From positions 26,883-90,882 of IMG/VR virus record IMGVR_UViG_3300005253_000031: a DNA stretch of 64,000 bases; one strand, 5' to 3'. Below the pieces are notes generated by a model. The model saw nothing but the letters and a program-made list of their open reading frames with translations, made no database searches and had not been told where the DNA came from. The translations under genes were made by a program, and so were the position numbers. Source of the stretch: a virus. Of the stretch, positions 35,649 to 45,847 are shown piece by piece; position 1 is the first letter of the stretch; every line of letters begins with the position of its first letter.

Positions 35649-38441
35649 CTAGTTCCACTCTCGTAGGACGGGCAGTGCCGGGGTCCATGTGGTTTCGAAT
35701 TTCATCTGAAACTCTATACGACTGGTTCCCCCTTCTTCTACGATTGTCATAGCGGTTATGACACCTTGATATGTGCGGCTTAGGGTGGTGAGTTTTAATG
35801 TGATGCGTGGTTTAACCGTTGGAATGTCCTTGTTCCACATTATAGCCATTTCCTCTAGGTCGATAAAGTCGGGTTCATGCCCTAGAGAGATGGGATGTGG
35901 AGAATGCTGAATGACCGTTCTTCCTTTTATCTCATGTGTGTAATATACAAAGTTCAAAGATACGGCATCATTGTTATGGCCGGGATTGTTTAGCGCCAAA
36001 GCTTTTGTAACCATCTTACCTTTCCACTCAACTATCTGGAAATCAAAGTCGAGATCTACTCCCGCCCCCCCGAAAAAGGGTTGATATCCCGGTATTACTG
36101 CTCTCCCTCCGGTTTGTTGTGTGGTACGTGCTACACCGAGATTCACCGCATTAGAGGTGTTGGTGAATATGTCATCCAGCGTCGTGTCAAACCAGCACAC
36201 CAGCCACCTGCCCCTACCGGTAACACCTGGAGATACGCTTATGCGTTGCATAACGTACGTGGTGCCGTCGCCCTCGGTGGTCTCGCTCTCCCACGTTGCC
36301 CCGTTGTCATGCGACACCTTGGATCTAGCCACCAGGTTGCTTACGTCCGCGCCCCTGCCGTAAGCCACGTATACATCGTCCGTACCCTGGTCTACAAAAA
36401 TATTGGACCGCAGGTAGTCGTTACTGCTAATTACATTGGTCTTTTCCTCAATTTGGTCAATGCCCCCTATCTCCCAAACCCTCAGCGGAACCGGCGTAGC
36501 GAACGGGTTTCCGCTTATGCCGGACAGCCAAAGGTGTCGCGTAGTGTGGCTTATGGCGGTGCCTATGTTGCCACCAACCGACGTTGACCAGGTCGCCTCT
36601 ATGGTCTGCGACTTCCAAGAATCTGACCCGCGACTGTATACCCAGAATTGCAAGGCATTGACGCTGTTGTTCTGCACTATCGCCCATACGTCATTCGGGT
36701 CGTCCTCATCCGACGGGAACAGGTATACCTCATGGTTATCGGACGAGGACGCGTTCCACGGGTCCAATTTATTGTCCCACGTGGCGCCGTCATCATCCGA
36801 TATGAAGAAGTCGCTCTTAATAACGGCGCTGCTGCTGTTCCAGATAACCGCCAGTTCTCCTCCCCTGCTCTTTGTGATGCTGATATTCGCAGGGGGATCC
36901 GACAAGACGGCCGCGGTTATGTTCACAGCTGCGCTCAACGAGTCATCCGCCGTGTCCAAACTACGGTACACCATCTTGGCGCTGTTGTCCTGATGGAAAG
37001 CGAGATGTATTTTAGTGCCCGTATCGCCGGGCGTCCACCTGTCGTACCATGATGAAAACGCCAGGTTCGCTATAAGACCCGCCGTGCTTACCAAGACCGG
37101 AGCGCCCCACGTATCGCCCCCATTCAGCGTCTTTACGTACCTAATCTCTATCGGCACATTATCGTTCGGGTAAAAGAAGTATCCTATCTCCTGGTCGTCC
37201 GCCCATATTACACCGTGCTGGCCCCTAGCGCTAGTTCCGAACAAGCTGTTCGACTCGTCGGTGACCGTCACGTCCGCAGAGCCCGCCGCGCCCCCGCCGA
37301 TAGCTACGGACGTGGCCAAATTGGTGAAGGCGTCGGCTGAAGTCGTATCCCATATAACGGGCTGGAATACCGTATTGTTAACCGAGCCCAGGTCGTCACA
37401 TATGGCGAAGTAACGACGATCTGTCACGTTGGTTGTAACTTCCGCGCCCCATGACGTCCCGCCGTCCATGGACTTGACATACACGCCGTGCTGCACCGTG
37501 AACGGCGTGGTCGACACCACGTAGCCCACGTATATGGCGTCGTTGCCGGTGTCTATAGTGACGCAGGCGGCGAACTTGTCCGTGACGGCCGTGAAGATAT
37601 TGGTCTTGGCGGTTATGGACGCGGCGCCGTTTATGTCGTATACCTTAAAGTCGTGAGCTGCATTTGCGTCGTCGCTGTGCGCCACCAGTATGAGATGGTT
37701 GTCGGAGTGGCGTATGGCCCCGGACATCGACTGGAAGACGGCGAACTGGTCCGGGTCCATGGACGTGTCTATCGTCGCTTCCGAGAACGAGTTACCGCTG
37801 TCGTCGTACGTCTTGAGGCTAATCTCCTGGGCGTCGTCATCCCACCAGACCAGCCACATATCGTCTTGGTCCGACTCGTTGCCGGGAAACAGCAGCATCC
37901 GCTCGCCGTCTCCCGTTCCCTCACCGGACCACGGGTCCGCCTTCGCCGTCCAGTTGAGGCCGTTGTCCGTAGACCTGGCAAAGCCCCTGGCCGTCGAGCC
38001 AGCGTCATAGGCGCAATACAGGTTACCGCCCCTCGACTTGGCCATGGTGGCCCGGTCCTTTGTACCGGACACTACCCCCGTGTCTATAGAACCTTCGGAA
38101 GAGAGAGCATCGGCGGTGGTGAGCAGGGACCTGTGATACATCCCATCGACGCCGTCCCTGGCGTACGCCACGTGTATGAGGTTCCCGGTCTGCCCCGGGG
38201 TCCACTTGTCGTACCACACCGTAGGCACGCCGATGAAGTTGGTAGCGGACGCAATAGTCACCGGGGAGCCCCAAGTAGCCCCACCGTCCGACGACTTAAC
38301 GTACTTGACGTCCTTGCCGGCCACCGCCTTGTAGAAGTAGTAATGGACCGAGGCGCTGACCTTGACGGTCTGACGGCCGTCATATGCCACGTTTACGCTA
38401 GACGAATCATTTATTACCGTTACGTCCGCCATTAACTCCAC
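35649..38441 (-). CDS. Tail protein with two BNR/sialidase-like beta-propellers and a C-terminal domain paralogous to the upstream gene
   Basis: Asp-boxes SSDGGATW, STDNGLNW, SMDGGTSW, TLNGGDTW, SDDDGATW, SHDNGATW; internal duplication WYDKWTPGQTG / WYDRWTPGDTG. Confidence 0.75.
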   Translation of the reverse strand: MELMADVTVINDSSSVNVAYDGRQTVKVSASVHYYFYKAVAGKDVKYVKSSDGGATWGSPVTIASATNFIGVPTVWYDKWTPGQTGNLIHVAYARDGVDGMYHRSLLTTADALSSEGSIDTGVVSGTKDRATMAKSRGGNLYCAYDAGSTARGFARSTDNGLNWTAKADPWSGEGTGDGERMLLFPGNESDQDDMWLVWWDDDAQEISLKTYDDSGNSFSEATIDTSMDPDQFAVFQSMSGAIRHSDNHLILVAHSDDANAAHDFKVYDINGAASITAKTNIFTAVTDKFAACVTIDTGNDAIYVGYVVSTTPFTVQHGVYVKSMDGGTSWGAEVTTNVTDRRYFAICDDLGSVNNTVFQPVIWDTTSADAFTNLATSVAIGGGAAGSADVTVTDESNSLFGTSARGQHGVIWADDQEIGYFFYPNDNVPIEIRYVKTLNGGDTWGAPVLVSTAGLIANLAFSSWYDRWTPGDTGTKIHLAFHQDNSAKMVYRSLDTADDSLSAAVNITAAVLSDPPANISITKSRGGELAVIWNSSSAVIKSDFFISDDDGATWDNKLDPWNASSSDNHEVYLFPSDEDDPNDVWAIVQNNSVNALQFWVYSRGSDSWKSQTIEATWSTSVGGNIGTAISHTTRHLWLSGISGNPFATPVPLRVWEIGGIDQIEEKTNVISSNDYLRSNIFVDQGTDDVYVAYGRGADVSNLVARSKVSHDNGATWESETTEGDGTTYVMQRISVSPGVTGRGRWLVCWFDTTLDDIFTNTSNAVNLGVARTTQQTGGRAVIPGYQPFFGGAGVDLDFDFQIVEWKGKMVTKALALNNPGHNNDAVSLNFVYYTHEIKGRTVIQHSPHPISLGHEPDFIDLEEMAIMWNKDIPTVKPRITLKLTTLSRTYQGVITAMTIVEEGGTSRIEFQMKFETTWTPALPVLREWN

Positions 38442-38941
38442 TCCCTCAGTCCGGGACTATCTTTGGCGTCCCATATGACTGCGAACTGTATTCGATAGCT
38501 TATCTCACTCACGCTTGCTCGTTTGGTGAACTCGAAGCCCATGAATAGACCTTTATAGGTTCGAAATCCATCTCCATCATGTTCAATATCCAGAAGGGGT
38601 AAGTTATCGGGAGCCCCGTTATTCCATGTAATACAGGCCTCCTCTATATCTACTATATCTGGATCATGTTCTACGCCGTCTGTAAGTGGATGTGCTGTGT
38701 GGTTTTTATCGTCTTGAACCACGCCGTCAAGAGTAATAATAAATCTAATGATTGAAAAATCCAAAGGTAACGCAGAAAACCCGGCAACGTTTACCACGCT
38801 TGCTCCATCGGTTATGTCCTTTTGTATTCGAGACACTTTCAACCGAAGTATAAGCTCCTTCGTGGCATCACCGCCAGGCCCGTCTGTTATGGGTGCGTAT
38901 GGATTTACTCTAATACGTGCGTTTCTAAGTGGGGACGCCAT
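38432..38941 (-). CDS. Putative distal-tail-like protein
   Basis: Position immediately after the tape-measure-like gene; beta-rich. Confidence 0.45.
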   Translation of the reverse strand: MASPLRNARIRVNPYAPITDGPGGDATKELILRLKVSRIQKDITDGASVVNVAGFSALPLDFSIIRFIITLDGVVQDDKNHTAHPLTDGVEHDPDIVDIEEACITWNNGAPDNLPLLDIEHDGDGFRTYKGLFMGFEFTKRASVSEISYRIQFAVIWDAKDSPGLREWS

Positions 38942-38943
38942 GT

Positions 38944-39828
38944 TTAGCTCCCCGCAAATCCGGGAATAGCTTTATCACGCATCACTGTTTCAATTTGCCT
39001 GCGTACTTCACTCATTATATCTTCAATATTGTCCCCGTTGATTGTAAGATCTATGTTGGGGCGTTCTGCGCGACGCTCTAGAAAGGTCTTCAACTGCTCA
39101 TTATTAAACTCCAGAATACGTTCAAGGGACCGTAGTGGAATCTGACCCCCACCTAAAGAACCTATCTGTGGTGCTACTTCTCCCGTGTATTCCCCCCGCC
39201 CCCGTAATGGAGCTAAACCTATACGGGCTCTCATTTCCGCTTCTTTACGAGGATCTCCGTAAATACTGGGATCTTTTATAACTTCCCAGATCTGTTGAAT
39301 TACACTTTTCCCAAGTTTTTTCCACAGTTCCCCCCGCTCTCTTGTTTCTCCCGGAGGTTGGTCTCCCCCCAACATGAATTTTGTTGCGGGGGTGGGTCCT
39401 TTTTCGAAAGTAGTTTTAGCATCCCTAACGATATCGGCAACTGTTTCTCCTGCGGTTTGAGCTATAGGAATCCACTTAGCCAATTTCTCCAAAACAGGTA
39501 GAAGCTGTACCATCAAAGGGGCTAAAAACACGTCTACCATAGCGCCCATCACCGTAGAAAAGGCTCCCAGGGTAGTAGTCATGACCTTACTACCTTTAAC
39601 CAACGCCGTTATGCCGAGAGCGATTCCTCCCAATTTGGCAATCCCCGCCAATGATTTTCCCATCTTGACTCCAGGTTCTACAGGTATACCCCCTTTACTT
39701 GGTCCAGCACCTGCGCTAGGAGGTCCAGACGCCACCAGAGCTTGCCCGAGTTGCTGCTCCATTTCGGCTTTGTCCACCACTAACTTCAGTTCAATTGTAT
39801 CTACTGCTCCGGTGACCATGACTCCCAC
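38944..39828 (-). CDS. Short tape-measure-like protein
   Basis: Follows the frameshift chaperone; Gly/Ala-rich hydrophobic helices (LAGIAKLGGIALGITALV; LAPLMVQLLPVLEKLAKWI). Confidence 0.55.
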   Translation of the reverse strand: MGVMVTGAVDTIELKLVVDKAEMEQQLGQALVASGPPSAGAGPSKGGIPVEPGVKMGKSLAGIAKLGGIALGITALVKGSKVMTTTLGAFSTVMGAMVDVFLAPLMVQLLPVLEKLAKWIPIAQTAGETVADIVRDAKTTFEKGPTPATKFMLGGDQPPGETRERGELWKKLGKSVIQQIWEVIKDPSIYGDPRKEAEMRARIGLAPLRGRGEYTGEVAPQIGSLGGGQIPLRSLERILEFNNEQLKTFLERRAERPNIDLTINGDNIEDIMSEVRRQIETVMRDKAIPGFAGS

Positions 39829-40004
39829 TCCGTTTTTTGTTTTTCCGCTTGTTCTAGAACTAACAAGGCATACTCATACACTTCGTGTGCGGGTATACGC
39901 TCTAGTTCAGTTAACGTAAACCCGACGCTCTTTAATTGCAATACTATGTTGCGTTGAGAACGTCGTTGGATTCCACTGGGGCGGTCGTCTCGGAGACTTT
40001 TTTT
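39801..40004 (-). CDS. -1 frameshift extension of the tail chaperone (gpGT-like)
   Basis: GCA AAA AAA GTC heptamer at 39998-40004; the -1 frame is open to 39801 (...GFTLTELERIPAHEVYEYALL...). Confidence 0.7.
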   Translation of the reverse strand, partial: KKSLRDDRPSGIQRRSQRNIVLQLKSVGFTLTELERIPAHEVYEYALLVLEQAEKQKTEWESWSPEQ

Positions 40005-40360
40005 GCCTCCTCCAAAGCAGCACCTAATACCGGTCCGGGAACCATGTCTAGCATTTTCCAGAGAACCGAGGAGTCTAACTGTTCCAGATATGTTTTCGTC
40101 AGACTTACATTCCCAGGACATTTAACCACAGCATCCAGTAAGACCTTTACGTAGTAGGCATGTATATCGAATACCGCCTCTTTAGTGCCATCATCGTTGG
40201 TCTTGGTTATCCAACACTCCTCAACAGCTCCCATATGTTGGCCCCATGTTAGAGCTCGATAGATGAATTTCCACGTCTTTCCTGCGTGCTCAAACTCGTG
40301 CTCCCTTTCTCCCGGAGTCCGAAACAGTTCGGTTATATCCTGTCCAATTTCCATTGTCAT
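39944..40360 (-). CDS. Tail assembly chaperone (gpG-like)
   Basis: Between the tail tube and tape-measure genes; slippery A7 near its 3' end. Confidence 0.7.
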   Translation of the reverse strand: MTMEIGQDITELFRTPGEREHEFEHAGKTWKFIYRALTWGQHMGAVEECWITKTNDDGTKEAVFDIHAYYVKVLLDAVVKCPGNVSLTKTYLEQLDSSVLWKMLDMVPGPVLGAALEEAKKVSETTAPVESNDVLNAT

Positions 40361-40375
40361 AAGTTGCTCCTTTCC

Positions 40376-41182
40376 TTACATAAATGCCCTTATTCTTGAT
40401 ACTACGTTCTCTAGATTATCGTTAATTTCATGCTCCCATACTACTAGGCATGGCCAGTTGTATTTAACAAAATGATTTATTCTCTCTTGAGAATCGTCGT
40501 TTCTATGCCAATAGTCTCCGAAGACCTCTAAAACTTTATGCCCCTTGTCCCATATAAAATCTGGATTTTTGCCGACGATCCAAATCTGCCCGTCTCCAAC
40601 GAATCTCCAGCCTAGTTCATCAATGGATTTAGCCACCTTTTGTTCTAGTCTATTGGGGCTTAAAAACATCCCAGCGTATTTTTCTGGATTTGTTTCCCAA
40701 GCTGCCTTCATATACTCGCTATGTGTACGATCCGCCTTCCTACGCGCAGATGAATTTAATCTACTTTCTCTTTTATCTGGGTCCTGCCACATATGTTTCA
40801 ATCCTTCGCTTACGCGTTGTTGAATTTTCGGATCTATCATATTTTGACGTGCAATTTCACTTAGTTTTGCACGATGTTCCGGCGTTCGTTCATAAGAGGG
40901 CAACCCTTTATGAGCCGCGCTGAGATTAGATATCCATTTATCGTAATTACGCGCCCTTGAAACAACTATTTTATGAGAGTGTTCCTCTGTCCTGGGCGGC
41001 ATAACCCTGCCTATTAAGCCCCCACTAATAGCTTTACTTTGTGAAACTCGATATGTCGGATCTTGCCATAACGCTTTCTGTGCCTTTCTTGTTTTTGCGC
41101 GTGTTTCAGCTGATCTAGGGGCGTGTAAACCACACGTACAACTTTGTTTACAGCATTTCGTATTGCATCTACTCCAACACAT
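40376..41182 (-). mobile_element. Free-standing homing endonuclease (NUMOD3-like repeats plus Vsr/DUF559-like nuclease)
   Basis: RTEEHSHKI, RTPEHRAKLSE repeats; KNPDFI...LEVFGDYWH...LVVWEHE. Confidence 0.75.
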
Positions 41183-41183
41183 T

Positions 41184-42620
41184 TTAAGAATCTTGCCACC
41201 AGAGCATTACGCTAGGTAGGTCAAATCTGAGTCTAACAACAATTAGATTTTCTCCTTCCGTTCCTATTACATGAGGTGCAGCTATAAGCACGGCTCCGAT
41301 ATTGGTGGTCGCGGATTGAGCCGTCGTACTGAAGATATCTCCCGACGCCCCGGTTATGTCTGTTTGTACGGGATTAGTCATAGGAGGTGCCTGAATGTAA
41401 AAACTTTCTGCCGCCGCTGCATCGGGCCGGAATTGTAGACGTATATCGAAACCTGTTTTGGACGAGAGTCCATCATTGAGGCCCTGGCGCATTAAGTGTT
41501 CCCAATACTCCCGGGTTTCCATTACCGCCTCACACTCCAGCGTTACTAGTATGGGACCTTCAATAAACTCGAAGGGAATCTGAGAGATTTTTGTGCCTCC
41601 GTCAACGGCTACTGTCGCAATATATCTGCTGTCTTCCAGCTGATTATCTATGACCAGCGAAAAATTGCGAATTCGAGCAAATGTATTAGTTAGTTCAAAC
41701 AGTGCAATAGTTCCCTCGCTGTACTCCAGAGGCGCTTCTGTTGGGAAGATGGCTGATGGCGTAACGGTGCTTGCACTGTATTTAGGCACGCTCGAGTTGG
41801 GTAGAGCTGAGTCGTGACGAAGATCTCGGAATAACACCTCATCGAGGGCTAGACTTACCTTTTCCCCTTGTACCGCTGAGAGCGTGGCTCGATTTACCTT
41901 GCCGCCTAGATAGTTGACTGTCAGATTAGAGCCAACGCTACCCGCGCCATGATTAAAGGCGTTTCTGTGCTGAACGGCCCATGTCATGCTTTTAAGTCTC
42001 TGCGTTGGTACCGTAAGTTTGTTCCCAGTTGAAGTCCCTACGCTTACGGTCTTACGAATTTCATAGTCGTCCCCGACGGTAGGCTGAGGTCCATTCCATC
42101 CTTTGGTACCCGAACGTGCGGGCGTAGGATACACAGTTACCTCGGCTATTCCACTTCCGACGGTCGAGTCAATGTATCCAATGGAGATTCCGCTAAATAC
42201 CGCGTGATTACTACTCTTAACATCTAGGTCTCCAGCGCTGAAGTCCTCTCCAGAGTCCGTCATGGTGGTTGTCGTTACCCCTGTGATAACTCCCGGGTTC
42301 GTGCCAGCCAACGTTACTATGGTATCGGAATGCTCGCCGAGACACATCGACAATATTTCCCTACTATCGTTGAACAACAGATAAATCTGAGAGATTGATC
42401 CTCTAAACGTCTGAGCGCCTTCGTGTATGTCCTTTCGAGCGCGACCTTCACGACCCACACCAAAGAAGGCATCCCAGGCGTACTCTACATCTGGAAGTTC
42501 GATGCCGCTTTTGATGATGCCCATAGAGGTATTGATGGTGCTTTCTGCCTGTCCCTCTACGGACTCTTCTTCAAAGGCAAACTTAACTTGGTCTGTACGA
42601 AATAACCCTGTTCCTGCCAT
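41184..42620 (-). CDS. Major tail tube protein
   Basis: Beta-rich (YLGGKVNRATLS; FSLVIDNQLE); position between neck genes and chaperone. Confidence 0.65.
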   Translation of the reverse strand: MAGTGLFRTDQVKFAFEEESVEGQAESTINTSMGIIKSGIELPDVEYAWDAFFGVGREGRARKDIHEGAQTFRGSISQIYLLFNDSREILSMCLGEHSDTIVTLAGTNPGVITGVTTTTMTDSGEDFSAGDLDVKSSNHAVFSGISIGYIDSTVGSGIAEVTVYPTPARSGTKGWNGPQPTVGDDYEIRKTVSVGTSTGNKLTVPTQRLKSMTWAVQHRNAFNHGAGSVGSNLTVNYLGGKVNRATLSAVQGEKVSLALDEVLFRDLRHDSALPNSSVPKYSASTVTPSAIFPTEAPLEYSEGTIALFELTNTFARIRNFSLVIDNQLEDSRYIATVAVDGGTKISQIPFEFIEGPILVTLECEAVMETREYWEHLMRQGLNDGLSSKTGFDIRLQFRPDAAAAESFYIQAPPMTNPVQTDITGASGDIFSTTAQSATTNIGAVLIAAPHVIGTEGENLIVVRLRFDLPSVMLWWQDS

Positions 42621-42635
42621 TGTCTTAAACCCCCG

Positions 42636-43679
42636 CTATGTTCCTGAGCCGCCTGCTTCGGCTATCTCGAAATTGTTGAATCTCACTGTCGTATCATTAT
42701 TAGAGTACAGGCCATGACCCGTACTGCTCACCAGGAAAGAGTCGGGCCTTGTGAACACCAGACATCCGTTTATAGCACATACGATTCCCGAATTATATAG
42801 ATCCACCGATAACTGTACCGTATTGCCGTCCGTCCATTCTAACTCTGCTGTGGAAGTCATACGCTGTTCGGCCACTTGGGTATCTGTGCCTCCACTTCTC
42901 TGAATAAGTCGAACGTAATGTACACTGGCGCTTTCCACTAATACCAGTCTCCAGAATGTATCGTTGGCAGATCGTCGAAACATTAAACCCGCATCCATGC
43001 TGGCCGCTGTCACTAAGTCTACCACCAGACGATTGTTGGCCTTGGTAGTTACTCCGGTATATCGAGCTATAGCGTTGGCTGTAGCCGATTGCAAATTGGC
43101 CAGATTGCTAGATATACCCCAGGTTCCGACATCGGCGGTCCAGTTAGCCCCCAGCGTCGCCGCATTGGACCTATCAAAGTCATCAAATGCAACTCTTTCG
43201 GAGGGCAGCGCAATCCCATCATTTTCTAACATGAATCGTAAGGTTCCCTTAAACCTAAGAGAACCACTCTCCTCGTACTCCTCACGGAAACTCGCATATC
43301 TCATCAACTGCCAGTTCGAAAGCGAGTGCTTGTTTGCGAACAGAATTCTCCGAAGCTCTCCCTTGACGTCGTGTAGATACTGCCTGTTTATGCCCCCTGC
43401 TACTGCTATAGGCCGTCGTGTCCAAATAGTGAGAACTATAGGGATCCGCTGTTTCACGTATTCGTACGCGTAGCCAGCTTGGTCCTCAGCGAAGTCTTCC
43501 ATGTGTATGTTAACGTAAGCCTGTCCGTCGGTAAGATCGATTGCTGGTTCCAGTCGTGCTACGTCAGATGTTGCGAATATAGGGACTGGAATCTCACTGT
43601 TAGTCTTAGCATCCCAGCTATTCTCGAACAACGTTTGCAGATCATCTATGTCTATAGGCTCTGCTACATATGCCGCCAT
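42636..43679 (-). CDS. Tail-completion/terminator-like protein with a C-terminal lectin-like beta-sandwich
   Basis: Position; C-terminal FDDFDRSN...GANW...GLY...RFNNF pattern. Confidence 0.5.
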   Translation of the reverse strand: MAAYVAEPIDIDDLQTLFENSWDAKTNSEIPVPIFATSDVARLEPAIDLTDGQAYVNIHMEDFAEDQAGYAYEYVKQRIPIVLTIWTRRPIAVAGGINRQYLHDVKGELRRILFANKHSLSNWQLMRYASFREEYEESGSLRFKGTLRFMLENDGIALPSERVAFDDFDRSNAATLGANWTADVGTWGISSNLANLQSATANAIARYTGVTTKANNRLVVDLVTAASMDAGLMFRRSANDTFWRLVLVESASVHYVRLIQRSGGTDTQVAEQRMTSTAELEWTDGNTVQLSVDLYNSGIVCAINGCLVFTRPDSFLVSSTGHGLYSNNDTTVRFNNFEIAEAGGSGT

Positions 43680-44795
43680 TTATGCCACTCTCAATTTCCT
43701 GTACGTGTCCTTGAATTCGGTTACGTCTCGGGACCAGTTGTCTACCTTAGTTTGCAAGTCCACCGTATCCAGTCCCAGGGGAATTAACGGTGCGAAATCC
43801 AAATCTGTCACAATATCAATACAAGCCTGTTTTGCCACAATACGTCTCACATGCTGCCCTAATGGATGCTTTCGTTGATCATAGCCCCACGAATAGTTCA
43901 CTCGTACCGCCCGCTTGAAACTGCCTTGCTCTCTGCGTAGCGTATAGCTCCGTCTAAAGTTGGGAGGCATGGCGTCTAGAAACACTGTAGCCACATAGAG
44001 CATACCCATCTCATTGTCGATCAGGAAGTCTTTATCTCGTCCGTCAGTTTTCACGTCGAAGGAGCCTCCATTCCATACGGCCAGTTCATACATATCTATT
44101 ATAGGTTCATATCTGGTTTTCATGCCGTACATCTTAAACTGTATAGCTTCGTTTTCAATAAACTCGACTCTCCATGACTTACCCATCAGATACACTAGAT
44201 TGTCCTCAGCGCCGCGTAGGTAATCTTCTACGGTAAACAATGAGGGTGTTGTACTGGAGCTAAATGCCGTGGTCAACTGTAGCTGGTTTTGTACGTCCGC
44301 GGCTGAAGCATAGCTGGCATAGGGCCGACACAGAACGCTCTCAACCGTAGCAGCAGTAGCTACACTTGCCGCGCCTACACGGACCCAGTATCTTGCTGTA
44401 CTGTCGGGTACAGATGAAGCCGTATGTGGGGAGGATGTAGTTAACGCAAAAGATGCCCAAGCTGTATCTATGGTCGACCCATTTACATCCCACAACATAT
44501 AGCCCGACGTATTGTCAAATAGTCTATACGTACGGGTTGGAACAAACTGTATCCAACTATCGGCAGTAGCCCCATAGTCCCATGTAAGAGCTCCGTATGA
44601 TCCCGACGAGTTCAATACGAACATCAACGCGTCGATGCGACGAGAAAACCCAAAATAACGCTTATCAGCAGTTTCCCCCAATAACTCGAAGGTCGTGCCA
44701 CCGTCACTTTGTGCTTCTATTGTATTATCTGTAAAATCCGAGGCGCTATCGTCATAAAGCCAAACCGCTGTTAAAGGTACTCCGATGGGCATCAT
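43680..44795 (-). CDS. Head-tail adaptor-like protein with an extra N-terminal domain
   Basis: YASAADVQ..., VRVNYSWGY adaptor motifs; neck position. Confidence 0.6.
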   Translation of the reverse strand: MMPIGVPLTAVWLYDDSASDFTDNTIEAQSDGGTTFELLGETADKRYFGFSRRIDALMFVLNSSGSYGALTWDYGATADSWIQFVPTRTYRLFDNTSGYMLWDVNGSTIDTAWASFALTTSSPHTASSVPDSTARYWVRVGAASVATAATVESVLCRPYASYASAADVQNQLQLTTAFSSSTTPSLFTVEDYLRGAEDNLVYLMGKSWRVEFIENEAIQFKMYGMKTRYEPIIDMYELAVWNGGSFDVKTDGRDKDFLIDNEMGMLYVATVFLDAMPPNFRRSYTLRREQGSFKRAVRVNYSWGYDQRKHPLGQHVRRIVAKQACIDIVTDLDFAPLIPLGLDTVDLQTKVDNWSRDVTEFKDTYRKLRVA

Positions 44796-45382
44796 ATCAC
44801 CATAGGTAGGGGTAATTGAAATTCACGAGATCGTCGTGTTGCCTTTATCCCATAATTATCTGTTTGTCTATGACACTTTCGACATACTGTTCGTCCGTTG
44901 TTAGTCGTATAGATTAAACTTGGATTTTGCCATTTAGATATTATATGGTCGGCTTGTAACTGGCCCCCGTATTGACCACATATTTGACATGTGAAGTTAT
45001 CTCGTTTAAATACAATGTTACGCCAGATCTTAATAGCCCAGTTTTCAAGGGGCGAGGCACCTTTATAATTTCCATTTTCGGCCCCTCTTGGTACATACTT
45101 TTTCTTCCCCTCACTCAATGCTATATCTCTCAGCCGTTCTTGTTCGTGCTTTCGTTCAATCACTATAGAACTGTGCAAACCTTTATTCCACGCCGTACTC
45201 CCCCTTTTCCTTCCTCCTCGGCCATCATGTTTACTGCATATACAGCCTTCAGAGCATTTATGTCCCCCGGTATGACCCGCAGCATTACGATTTCCTATTT
45301 TGGCCGTAGCTAGATTTTGACGATGTTCAATGGACAGAGTTTTTCCTTTATTCCAAGGTATTTGTCCTTGAATAAAAACCAT
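44792..45382 (-). mobile_element. Free-standing HNH homing endonuclease
   Basis: PWNKG/AWNKG repeats; FKRDNFTCQICG...ADHI...NGRTVCRKCH. Confidence 0.85.
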
Positions 45383-45610
45383 CTAGCTATCCCCCACGAA
45401 TATCTTGACTACGAACGCTGCAAGCCCGAGAAAAACGGTAAAGATCCCCGCGGCCATCCTCCGCAGCATGGACACGTCGCGCCTTTGTTCCGCCGCTCCG
45501 ATCTCCAGGGCGGTGACGCGCCCGGGCAGCCCCTTGGTCCGCTCGTCTATGCGGGCCACCGTGCTGTGCACCTCTACCAGCAGGTCGTGGTCGGTCTTGT
45601 GTTCATTCAT
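45383..45610 (-). CDS. Small coiled-coil plus single-TM protein (holin-like candidate)
   Basis: VARIDERT coiled coil and C-terminal hydrophobic helix. Confidence 0.4.
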   Translation of the reverse strand: MNEHKTDHDLLVEVHSTVARIDERTKGLPGRVTALEIGAAEQRRDVSMLRRMAAGIFTVFLGLAAFVVKIFVGDS

Positions 45611-45624
45611 GTTTCACCAACTTG

Positions 45625-45846
45625 TTAATTCCAGCCCTCGTTTTCCAGATCCTGGTTAATCTGAGCATCTGCTATGGCGTTCGCCTTTGACGACTCGTAT
45701 TGCTTGACCCGCGCCACTATCTGACGCCTCACCCAAACCTGTATCTGGGCAGCCGTGGCGTCGGAACCGTCCTTGTTCAAAAACGCGAATGCTGGCGCTA
45801 TCCGCTGCGACTGAGTCGGAGTTAGCGTCACTGTAAGATTCGGCAT
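45625..45846 (-). CDS. Hypothetical protein
   Basis: ORF track; SD GGAGGG. Confidence 0.5.
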   Translation of the reverse strand: MPNLTVTLTPTQSQRIAPAFAFLNKDGSDATAAQIQVWVRRQIVARVKQYESSKANAIADAQINQDLENEGWN

Positions 45847-45847
45847 T

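Noticed and set aside
32085-38441. Diversity-generating retroelement targeting tail proteins
   Set aside because: No reverse transcriptase and no near-identical TR/VR nucleotide repeats noticed; the repeats are diverged at protein level
40376-41182. Group I intron around the homing endonucleases
   Set aside because: Flanking genes look complete and abut the endonuclease ORF with almost no spacer for a ribozyme core
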